Shown here piece by piece: positions 13,857 through 24,760 of a DNA stretch of 64,000 nt; the first letter of the stretch is position 1, and every line of letters begins with the position of its first letter. The notes beneath the pieces are model-generated. The model did not search any database. It saw nothing but the letters and a program-made list of their open reading frames with translations, and was not told the DNA's origin. The stretch is from Squalus acanthias. Lineage: Eukaryota. The translations under genes and the position numbers were made by a program. Location of the stretch: assembly GCA_030390025.1 (NCBI GenBank), contig CM059432.1:97156001-97220000 (forward strand), written 5' to 3'.

Positions 13857-15621
13857 TTGAACTGGATTTTCCAGGACATCAGCAGGCAGGATCGGTGGCG
13901 GGTTGGGTGGGTAAGTGTTTTTTTTTCACAGCAGGTCGGGACCCCACTGTGAACCTGCTGCCACGTGCCTTTCCCCGATGTCAGGTCTGTCAGCGCTAAG
14001 CAGACCTGACATGCAGTGGCGGGGGACCCAATTCAGGTAATTATGACCTTGTTTAGAGATAATTAAGAACATATTTGAGCTCACCTTTTGATTTTACGTG
14101 CTCGCCTACGGGATCCTCGCTGCTCGGGGATCGTGTCTGTCAAGCTGAGGCAGGAGTTCAGTGCCCATTGAATCAGCTGTTGAGTTGACAGCTTCAAATG
14201 TCAAGTAAAAGCTCCCACCTTACAGAGATATCTTCCCTCAGCCACAAGCTCTTCCTCACTGCATTTCCACAACAGATTCACCAGGCTGTAAGTCTTTACA
14301 CAAGTCTCCATCCTGTCTGACCTGATTACCCCTCTCACCATTGACAGATATTTTCTGTCATCTCTACTTCACCCGCCATCTATTCCATCAGCATGGGTGC
14401 CCTTTATACTATCTCACCTTGGTCCTCAGAATCCCACCATGATCAGCCCCAATACCAGCAGCACCAGGCACACCAGCAGCACCAACAACAACACCACCAA
14501 CCTTCTCCGCAATCACCTGATGCTGCACAGGACTCAAGGCATCAGCACCCGAGCATATTGCTGCCCAGGAGGCCAGGGATGGCCTCACCATGGACAGATT
14601 TAATTGACTTGACACTGTACACCCTGACTGCCACATGATGCGCCAGGTTGGCACCACGCCATACCAGCACCGTAAAGCATCCCTACAATGCCCAAGCCAT
14701 TCATTTCACACTCATCACCATTGAAGGGGTACCGTTATGTCTCACCATTCTCACCATTTACTAAGCCACTTCCAAAGGTGCACACAAATCTGTCCAAGAA
14801 CACAACGTGTTGAAAATAAAGATTTCAATCTTTGACACCACATTAACAGAAACTTTACATGACATTGCATAAAACACCCAAGTGCCTACCCTTGTGTGTT
14901 GTTAGTTGATATGATTGGACTAGGATGAAGGTGAGTGTGAGGGGTGGCTTGTGAGATGGGGATGTGATAATGTAGATAGAGAGGGATGGGTGGAGGTGCA
15001 AGGTAGGTTGGTGTGAGTAAAGATGTGCAGGAGTAGGGTAGGGAAGACAGAGTGATGGGGATGTGATGAGAGGCACAGCAGGATGAGGTTGAGTGTAGCT
15101 TTGTACTAACGCTTCATGATCTACTGAGATGTTTGCGGCACTGCATCCAGGTCCTCCTGACGACATTCCTGCTTGTGCCCTCCTGTGCAATGTGCAACCA
15201 GGCTGTGTTGATCTCCTGGGGAAGTCTCTTTCGCACATGGGAAGGGAAGAGAACCTCCCTGTTTGCTGTGACTCCCTCCATAAGCATATGGAGGGAGTCA
15301 TGGGAGAGCCTGGGTACAACCCTGCACCTCCGTGCAGTGCTTGTCAGTGTTTGCAGCACCTCAATGCTGTAGAACACTGACAGCACAAATGTCAAAAGAA
15401 AGTTGGCCATGGTCCCTTTAACGAAACCGGCTGATGACGCGTCATCAAATGATGTCACCAGACCCGCTTCCTGTAATTGGCTGGGAAACATGCTGGGTAG
15501 ACTTAACAAGTCCAATCAAGGTAAATTCATTTCAGAGGCCAGGATGGAGACAGTAGCAAGGCCAGGACCCGCCACCGACGTCGCCCGCCACGGACCCGCC
15601 GAGGTCAGCAAAATCGCGGCC
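13857..15621. mobile_element. Harbinger internal-deletion derivative retaining Myb/SANT exon 1 (minus strand, about 15114-15330)
   Basis: PRLSHDSLHMLMEGV..REVLFP..AWLHIAQE..RRTWMQCRK matches the Myb exon at 39290-39526; ends resemble ctggatttt / aaaatcgcggcc. Confidence 0.75.
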
Positions 15622-15752
15622 ATCGTGGATACTAAACCTCGCCTCAGCTCATTAAGGGAAAAGACACAAATTATAAAAATAAGTTAATTATTAATTGATA
15701 ATCTGTGTCATGTAATGCCCTTTCCAAACAAATATATCCCAGTAAAATCAAT

Positions 15753-16665
15753 GGGCCAGATTTTGCTCTGAGCAGTGAATGAACGGTGCTAGTTGTTTGT
15801 TACACTTGCACTTGCCCATAGACTTTCTATGGGCTTTTGCACTGGAAGTTCCTGTCAAGCAAATATCCAAAAAGCACCATGCCATCTACAGGGCATCTGG
15901 GACCTGTGTGAAGAGGGCAAGCAATTGGCTCCTTAACCAATCAGTTTGAAGAGTCGGTAATGCAGTGCAGTCTGAACCAGGAAGTGACAGTTCTGATGAA
16001 AGGTCATCAGCCTGAAACGTTAACTCTGTTTCTCTCTCCACAGATGCTGCCTGACCTGCTGAGTATTTCCAGCATTTTCTGTTTTTATTTCAGATTTCCA
16101 GCATCCACAGTATTTTGTTTTTGTATTAGTGTCAGTTAGAATATTTAATTCAACGTCAAATCAGGTTCAGAAATGAAAGAAAGAGAGGGAAGCAAAGATT
16201 GGATAAAGAGAGAGAGATAAAAGAGACAGAAAGACAAAGTAAAAAAAAAATTACATTTTTTAAAATCTCCAACAATAATTAAAAGCTAAAAGAATGAGAT
16301 TCCAACCTTGTAAAAGTTAATTTTCAGTGTCAGAGAGGTTGTTTTGCAGTAGTTAAGACTTACCTGACATTAAAAGGATACTTAGACTGGGATAGACAAA
16401 GCCCAACTTTATCTGGCAAGTTTAGTCCATATCTATGAGGTAAATACAGCAAGTTCACGCCGTTCATTGTAGTTGAATGGTGAGTTAGATGACGAGATAC
16501 CGTTTTCGCGCACCTTCTGGAGAAGCAGGGCATCTTGGACAGCAACCTCCTGATTTCTATGTATAAATGCAAATGTGCAATCGCCGGAAGTTGCTGTCCG
16601 ATTTCCAGGTAAATAACAATGAGCAATGTTAGCCTCACCATTATTTCTACCGCAAAATCCGGTCT
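15753..16665. mobile_element. Harbinger-type MITE with a nested Penelope-derived fragment
   Basis: Degenerate TIRs gggccagattttgc / gcaaaatccggtct; related to the element at 60761-61060. Confidence 0.65.
15989..16128 (+). mobile_element. Short Penelope (Neptune)-derived element with hammerhead motif
   Basis: agtt-CTGATGA-aaggtcatcagcct-GAAA-cgtt-aact followed by the common gatgctgcctgacctgctgag tail; flanked by a duplicated agtg(a/t)cagtt. Confidence 0.8.
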
Positions 16666-16810
16666 AAAAACTTTATTATAAATGAGATTGATGTCTTAGA
16701 CTGTCTAGATAGGACTCAACACAAATAAATCCCCCCAGATGAATGGTATTTATCGCAGTGCTGAGCGAGACTAGGGAAGAATTTGTGAGGCAATGATCTG
16801 TATTTTGCAA

Positions 16811-17830
16811 CCCCTACGGGTGCGTACGAGGTGCATACGCACCCGTAAGGGCCGCGCAAGTTCTGGGTTTTCACGTGCGAAGTCCATGCACGGAAACCCA
16901 GAACTTGCGATCTGCCAAGAATCTTCTTGACAGATCATCTGCATCCCTGGGAAAAGGGCCTCTGCAGGTGGAGAGTTGGGCTATTTGCCCAACTTCTGCC
17001 CAGCGAATGCCCGTGAAATTCTTACGCCTGGTAAAATCAGGCGTAAGGCCTGCTTTTACCAGCATAAGAGTTTAAATGAATATAAAAAAAATTTTTTTTC
17101 AATTATTTAAACATTAAAAACCCTGTAAAATAATGTAAGGTTATTTTTAGCCCCTTTAAAACATTTAATTATTTTTTTTAATTAAATTTTTGTTTTAAAT
17201 GTTTCATTATATTGGCCGAGAAATTCCGTTCCCTAGGGGTGGGTACGCGCTGTGTACTCACCCGTAGGGCCAACTGAAGTGTCGGTTTTCCGCATGCACT
17301 GTGCTCTGCAGAAAGGGCTTGACTGGACAAATGCCTGTGCCGGTTTTTTCCACACTGGCTTGAGTCCAGGTAAGTCAGGAACAGCTGCGCCTAGAAAAGC
17401 AGGTGCAAGGCTTGCTTTTAGCAGGCTAATAGTTTAATAAAGTAAAAAAAAATTCCACTGATTTATCATTTTAAAATACTTTAAAGAAAGGTAAGTTTAT
17501 TTTTAGCCCCGTTAAAAACTTTAATTATTTTTTCAAAAATTTTAATTTTTGTTTAAAATAGTTAATTTATGTAATTTATAGTCATTTTAAAAAATGTGAT
17601 TTTTAAAAAAAATGTATTTGAAGTTTTACTTATGTTTTGGGGCCGATCTCTATTCATAGATTTGGCAGGTCTTCCTGTCAAATCTATGAATGGAGATTCC
17701 CTGCTCTGATTGGCTCCCCATGCCCACGTGATCCCAGGGACGCTGCGAACTAGCTGCGCCCCTGGGATACATTTTTCCAGCGTTTTCTGTTGTTATTTCA
17801 GGAAATATATATTGGCTTTCGAAAGGGTAC
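16811..17830. mobile_element. Two related palindrome-rich MITE fragments
   Basis: Hairpin tacgggtgcgta/tacgcacccgta near 16815-16847 and a long hairpin at 16855-16910; a second related copy starts near 17213. Confidence 0.6.
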
Positions 17831-17878
17831 ATTGCAGATTCAACGGAATGATACCAGGGCTTAAAGGGTTCAAGTAAT

Positions 17879-18343
17879 CAGCCGTGTCTCAATTGGTAGC
17901 ACCCTCGCCTCTGAGTCAGAAGGTTGTGGGTTCAAGTACCACTCCAGATCTTGAGCACAAAAAATCTAAGCTAACACTCCAGTGCAGTACTGATGGAGTG
18001 CTGCAGTGTTGGAAGTGCTGTGTTTTGGATGAGACATTAAACTGAGACACTGTGTGGCCGCTCAGGTGGACGTAAAAGATCCCATGGGATTATTTCGAAG
18101 GAGAGCAGGGGAGTTATCCCCAGAGTCCTAACCAATATTTATTCCTCAATCAACGTCACTAAAACAGATTATTTGGTCATTATCACATTGCTGTTTGTGG
18201 GAGCTTACTGTGTGCAAATTGGCTGCCGTGTTTCCTACATTACAACAGTAACTACACTTCAAAAGTACTTCATTGGCTGTAAAGCGCTATGGGACGTCCT
18301 GCAGCCATAAAAGGCGCTATGTAAATGCAAGTCTTTCTTTCTT
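17879..18343 (+). mobile_element. Full-length SacSINE1/AmnSINE1-like tRNA-derived SINE
   Basis: tRNA-like head (A-box-like start, B box ggttcaagt), Deu-like core and aaaggcgctatgtaaatgcaagt(ctt)n tail. Confidence 0.85.
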
Positions 18344-18344
18344 T

Positions 18345-18775
18345 ATGGAGAGAGGTTGCATAAACCTGGCTTGTATTCCCTTGAGTTTAAAAGGTTGAGA
18401 GGTGATATAATCAAGGTGCGTAAAATAATTAAGGGATTTGATAGGGTAGATACAGGGAAATTTCCGGTGGGGGCATCCAGAACAAGTGGACATAATCTTA
18501 AAATTAGAGCCAGTCCATTTAGGAGGCAAATCATGAAGCACTTTTTCCACGCACAGGATAATGTAAATATGGAACTTGCTCGCCATAAAACTCTGGATGC
18601 TGGACTAATTAAAATTTTAAAAGCTGAGATCAATGGATTTTGTTGGGTAAGGGTATCAGGGGATATGATACAAGGGTGGGTAAATAGAGTTGAGGTAGAG
18701 ATCAGCCATGATCTAATTAAATTTAGTGGAGGGTCTTTTGTGTAGCCATGGGTAGACTTCATTATATGTCCTCCC
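18345..18775 (+). mobile_element. CR1 3' fragment
   Basis: GLYSLEFKRLRGDII...RTSGHNLKIRA. Confidence 0.85.
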
Positions 18776-19099
18776 AGTGTTTAATAGCAGGACAAACACT
18801 TTGGGCTGGATTTTGAAGTTGGAGTCGGGTTGAGGTCGGGAATCACACATTCTGGCTTGTGAACCCGCTTCCATCGAGATGTGGCCAACCCACTGTATTT
18901 TCCCTTGATTGACCTTGTTGAGCCCGCCCAGTGGGCTCAGCAGGCCAATTAAGGGCCACCCGGCAACAGGTGACGTCACAGACTGACATTTCATCTGTCA
19001 AGAGCTTTTGACAGATGAAATATCAGCGTTTGACAGCTCTGTGAAGCTGTCAAACACTGACAATCTGTACTCTAAGTTGATTCCTTCCTCTCAGGCTAT

Positions 19100-22036
19100 A
19101 AGGGCTATAGCGCTGCCGTTGGCAGTGCTGGCCTTAGAAATGTAAATCCGCAGAGCGTGATGTTAGTCGGGTCCTAAGCACACACAGAAAAGCGAACGTG
19201 AAGCAGACCTAGAGAGATGCTGTTGGTGTCTTCTTAAAGGGAAACACACATCTTTCAGGTAAGTTTGGATTTAAGCTTTTGGACTTTTTAAATATATTTT
19301 ATTGAAGTAGTGGCTTGGTGCAATAGATGTTGAAAGTATTTAAAGTGTGCAGGGAGTGCTGCTGGATGCTTGCAAGGCTTTGGATGGTAAAGGAAGGCAT
19401 CTGAGAAGACAGAAAATGCTGCAAATACTCAGCAGGTCAGGCAGCATATGTGGAGGGAGAAACAGAGTTCACGGGCAGAATTTTCATTGAGCCGTGGAGG
19501 TGGGTTTGGAGGCAGGACTGGATTGAAAATAGCTGAATCAGGGGTCCCGACCCCATCCTGCCCCCCAACCCGCCTCCATGCCAGTTTCGCTGGAGGCGGG
19601 TACCCGACCTGTGCTGGGATCCACCTCCCCGAGGCGGGAAGGGGATTAGTGGCAATAGACTGCCTGTTACTAGGTAGTTAACAGGCAGTTTTTTGCCTAA
19701 TCCCTATTTTTATGCCTGAAATGTGGGCTCTCCGACAGGTCCCAACCACACCGTTTCAGCGAGGCGGACCGTGGGTCTGCAGGGGTTGGAGGGGTCGATA
19801 TGTCCGGTGGGCAGGTGAGTGATGGGTGCATGTGTGCAGAGGTAAGTGTGTAAGGTAAGTGTAAAGTGTGGAAAAAAGTTTTACTTACCTTAACTTCCTC
19901 CTGCAGGTGTCAGCCCTTCAGGTCTCGGGAGTCAGAAATCTCACCGGCACAGAAAGCAGAATGGCCGTTGAGCTGTCAAAAGCTGCAGTCAGTGCTTTTT
20001 GTTCTGCAGAGATCTCTAAACCAGCCTGAGAGGAAGGAATTAACTTAGAGTACAGATTGTCAGTGTTTGACAGCTTCAAGGAGCTGTCAAACGCTGATAT
20101 TTCATCTGTCAAAAGCTCTTGACAGATGAAATGTCAATCTGTGATGTCACCTGTTGCCGGGTGGCCCTTAATTGGCCTGCTGAGCCCGGGCTCAACAAGG
20201 TCAATCAAGTGAAAATACAGTGGGTTGGCCACAAGTCGATGGAGGCGGGACTACAACCCAAAAAGTGGGAGTCCCGCCTCCATCCCGTCCCCAGTATCAA
20301 AATCCAGCCCCACGTTTCAGGTTTTGATGCTGCCTGACCTGCTGAGTATTTCCAGCATTTTCTGCTTTTATTTCAGATTTCCAGCATCTGCTCGCAGAGG
20401 GATGAGGAAGATGCAGAAGAGAAAGAAGCACAAGAGGAGAAGGCAAAAGGAAGGATGCAATGCAGCCAGCCCCTTTCTGATTGGGATATCCAGGATGGAA
20501 TCATCTGCCTGTGGTACCAGTGACCACAACCCCAATTCCCCTTTCAACATTTGTCCCACACCTTACCTTCCCTCTGTTACTGACCATCACAGCATTCTCT
20601 TGGCCACAATGTTGGAATAAAAACCACCACAAACCAAAATTTCCAATCCAACTTTATACATCTATTCATTCTATATGATGTCAAGAAATCAACTAATCAC
20701 CCTTGTGCATTCCCTTAGTGACTGTCTTGTGTGTGCCTTTGCCTATCCTACTGATGACATGCAGTGCTACCCCAGTGGTTGCAGCAAGTCTTCTGGAAGG
20801 CTCCTGACTTTCAGTGGGTGACACTGCAGATGGCCTTGCAGGATGACCTCTAGGAGTTGGTGGCGGGGAGTGTCAAATCGAGTGATGGTGTTTCTTCTTC
20901 ACTCTCCTCTCCCTATTCTTCATCAACCACTGGCTGGGCAGGCTGGATTTCTTTTGTGTGTGAAATGAGGAAGGCACAAGGGTAGAGTTGTTGTGAGGGG
21001 AGGGCGAGAAAGCAAAGGTGCATGCATAAACCATGCGCACCTTCTAAATCAGAAGATATTGTAGGATGAGGGGGAAGTGGGATGTGAGAAGGAGGATAAT
21101 GTATGAGGATACCAGGATCTTGTATCCTTTCAGCCCTGCCACTGGCCAAGGGCTCAGCCATGCCTCTCTCAAGAATGGCCAGCACCGTCTCCTCCAAGGG
21201 AGTGAGGTGAAGCTAGGAATGTGAGGTGTGCCTCATGTTTGGTACAGATTGTTGGTAGGTGAGTGATGGGTGGGGGTGGGGATGGTGCAATGAGCAGTGT
21301 GTGAGGCTAGTGGTGCAACTGGTAGGAGACGACTTTTGAAGATGCATTCACTGACCTTGATCACTGGTCTGACATCATGAAGCTTCTTTGGGTACTGGAG
21401 GTCGTAGGGGCAACACTATTGGCAGTGACGGCCTCTGTGATCTGGTCCCACATCCTTCTTTCTGGAGGGCCTCCTGGCCCCCTGTGAGTAGAGGACCTCT
21501 CTTGCAATGTTGACCCCCTGCACAAAGCTGGAGTGCTGCGTGTGAGACCCTGGGGCCCCTTCCCTGGCTTGTTGAGCCATTTGTGTTTGTACTGAAGCAC
21601 TTTTACCAGTTTTATAGGTAGTTCAGCTTTAAGAGTTGAAGGCTTGCCATTTGGGAATTATTTTTAATGTTAATTTTTTTCAGAAGGCAGTTGAGCTCTA
21701 AGGTCTAAGGACTGCCTATTTTTAAATTATTTTTTTTTTTCATTTTAGAAGGCATTTAAGCCCCTTTAAGGGCTCGAGACTGCTTTCAAAAATGACAACC
21801 TTGCTTTCAGACAATGCTGTTCTTGCTTCAGGGACGCTACGCCCACGCTACATTGGGCATCCTGCTGACAGTAGCACCGGAAAAAGAAGGTTGCACGGTA
21901 GGTTCAGCACTGCTCTAATTTAAACTAGCACGCAGCACCAAAATACCGATGCTGTCTGCGCTATGATTTTGGGCAGCCGTTAACTTCGGCCCACGGTGGC
22001 ACCAGCAGGTTTCCAGCATTCTGCAATTTCTAGGCC
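19100..22036. mobile_element. Non-autonomous Harbinger derivative (Myb remnant on minus strand, transposase core replaced by a Penelope-derived fragment)
   Basis: Collinear in reverse orientation with 51163-53390; MWDQITEAVTANSVAP Myb remnant near 21360-21480; right end gcaatttctaggcc. Confidence 0.75.
19473..20310. mobile_element. Harbinger-type MITE with 3-bp TSD (CAC)
   Basis: TIR gggcagaatttt / aaaatccagccc; cac at 19470-72 and 20311-13; the paralog at 52885-52901 shows the empty site. Confidence 0.88.
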
Positions 22037-22292
22037 TCTGTTTCTCTCTCTCGCTTTCACTTTCTAAAGTTTATAGAACAAAAAGCAACGTCTACAATAG
22101 GTGGGGGTGCAATCAAAACACTTGTCATGTTTTTCTGTTTCTTTCACACACACATAGGCACACACAGGCACACACAGCCTCTCTGAGGGGTTTTTAAAGC
22201 TACTCAATATGAATCAGTAGACCTTGAAATTTGTTCCCTAGCTTTTCTTCATGATATTTTTTTCAGCAGAAACTGCTTTAATCTAAAGAAAG

Positions 22293-24700
22293 ATTCCTCA
22301 CTATAGCTGACTCACTGAGAGTGAAGATATTCCTCACTGTAGCTGACTCACTGAGAGTGAAGATATTCCTCACTATAGCTGACTCACTGAGAGTGAAGAT
22401 ATTCCTCACTATAGCTGACTCACTGAGAGTGAAGATATTCCTCACTATAGCTGACTCACTGAGAGTGAAGATATTCCTCACTATAGCTGACTCACTGAGA
22501 GTGAAGATATTCCTCACTACAGCTGACTCACTCAGAGTGAAGATATTCCTCACTATAGCTGACTCACTGAGAGTGAAGATATTCCTCACTATAGCTGACT
22601 CACTGAGAGTGAAGATATTCCTCACTATAGCTGACTCACTGAGAGTGAAGATATTCCTCACTATAGCTGACTCACTGAGAGTGAAGATATTCCTCACTAT
22701 AGCTGACTCACTGAGAGTGAAGATATTCCTCACTATAGCTGACTCACTCAGAGTGAAGATATTCCTCACTATAGCTGACTCACTGAGAGTGAAGATATTC
22801 CTCACTATAGCTGACTCACTCAGAGTGAAGATATTCCTCACTATAGCTGACTCACTCAGAGTGAAGATATTCCTCACTATAGCTGACTCACTCAGAGTGA
22901 AGATATTCCTCACTATAGCTGACTCACTGAGAGTGAAGATATTCCTCACTATAGCTGACTCACTCAGAGTGAAGATATTCCTCACTATAGCTGACTCACT
23001 GAGAGTGAAGATATTCCTCACTATAGCTGACTCACTGAGAGTGAAGATATTCCTCACTATAGCTGACTCACTGAGAGTGAAGATATTCCTCACTATAGCT
23101 GACTCACTGAGAGTGAAGATATTCCTCACTATAGCTGACTCACTGAGAGTGAAGATATTCCTCACTATAGCTGACTCACTGAGAGTGAAGATATTCCTCA
23201 CTATAGCTGACTCACTGAGAGTGAAGATATTCCTCACTATAGCTGACTCACTGAGAGTGAAGATATTCCTCACTATAGCTGACTCACTGAGAGTGAAGAT
23301 ATTCCTCACTATAGCTGACTCACTGAGAGTGAAGATATTCCTCACTATAGCTGACTCACTGAGAGTGAAGATATTCCTCACTACAGCTGACTCACTGAGA
23401 GTGAAGATATTCCTCACTATAGCTGACTCACTGAGAGTGAAGATATTCCTCACTATAGCTGACTCACTGAGAGTGAAGATATTCCTCACTATAGCTGACT
23501 CACTGAGAGTGAAGATATTCCTCACTATAGCTGACTCACTGAGAGTGAAGATATTCCTCACTATAGCTGACTCACTGAGAGTGAACATATTCCTCACTAT
23601 AGCTGACTCACTGAGAGTGAAGATATTCCTCACTATAGCTGACTCACTGAGAGTGAAGATATTCCTCACTATAGCTGACTCACTGAGAGTGAAGATATTC
23701 CTCACTATAGCTGACTCACTGAGAGTGAAGATATTCCTCACTACAGCTGACTCACTGAGAGTGAAGATATTCCTCACTACAGCTGACTCACTGAGAGTGA
23801 ACATATTCCTCACTACAGCTGACTCACTGAGAGTGAAGATATTCCTCACTATAGCTGACTCACTGAGAGTGAAGATATTCCTCACTATAGCTGACTGACT
23901 GAGAGTGAAGATATTCCTCACTATAGCTGACTCACTGAGAGTGAAGATATTCCTCACTACAGCTGACTCACTGAGAGTGAAGATATTCCTCACTACAGCT
24001 GACTCACTGAGAGTGAAGATATTCCTCACTACAGCTGACTCACTGAGAGTGAAGATATTCCTCACTACAGCTGACTCACTGAGAGTGAAGATATTCCTCA
24101 CTACAGCTGACTCACTGAGAGTGAAGATATTCCTCACTACAGCTGACTCACTGAGAGTGAAGATATTCCTCACTACAGCTGACTCACTGAGAGTGAAGAT
24201 ATTCCTCACTACAGCTGACTCACTGAGAGTGAAGATATTCCTCACTACAGCTGACTCACTGAGAGTGAAGATATTCCTCACTACAGCTGACTCACTGAGA
24301 GTGAAGATATTCCTCACTACAGCTGACTCACTGAGAGTGAAGATATTCCTCACTACAGCTGACTCACTGAGAGTGAAGATATTCCTCACTACAGCTGACT
24401 CACTGAGAGTGAAGATATTCCTCACTACAGCTGACTCACTGAGAGTGAAGATATTCCTCACTACAGCTGACTCACTGAGAGTGAAGATATTCCTCACTAT
24501 AGCTGACTCACTGAGAGTGAAGATATTCCTCACTATAGCTGACTCACTGAGAGTGAAGATATTCCTCACTATAGCTGACTCACTGAGAGTGAAGATATTC
24601 CTCACTATAGCTGACTCACTGAGAGTGAAGATATTCCTCACTATAGCTGACTCACTGAGAGTGAAGATATTCCTCACTATAGCTGACTCACTGAGAGTGA
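22293..24700. repeat. 36-bp satellite/minisatellite, about 67 near-identical copies
   Basis: Unit gagtgaagatattcctcacta(t/c)agctgactcact(g/c)a repeated head to tail with no spacers. Confidence 0.98.
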
Positions 24701-24760
24701 TGCATCCTGAAAAATTAGGTTCACTGCCCATTCTCAGACTACACAATCTGAATTCATATT

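Noticed and set aside
17879..17950. tRNA gene
   Set aside because: It is the tRNA-derived head of a SINE, continuous with the SINE body.
22297..22306. ctcactatag resembling the T7 promoter (vector contamination)
   Set aside because: Only 10 nt match, TAATACGA is absent, and there is no vector sequence.
22293..24700. CRISPR array (36-bp repeat)
   Set aside because: No unique spacers, no cas genes, and a vertebrate context.
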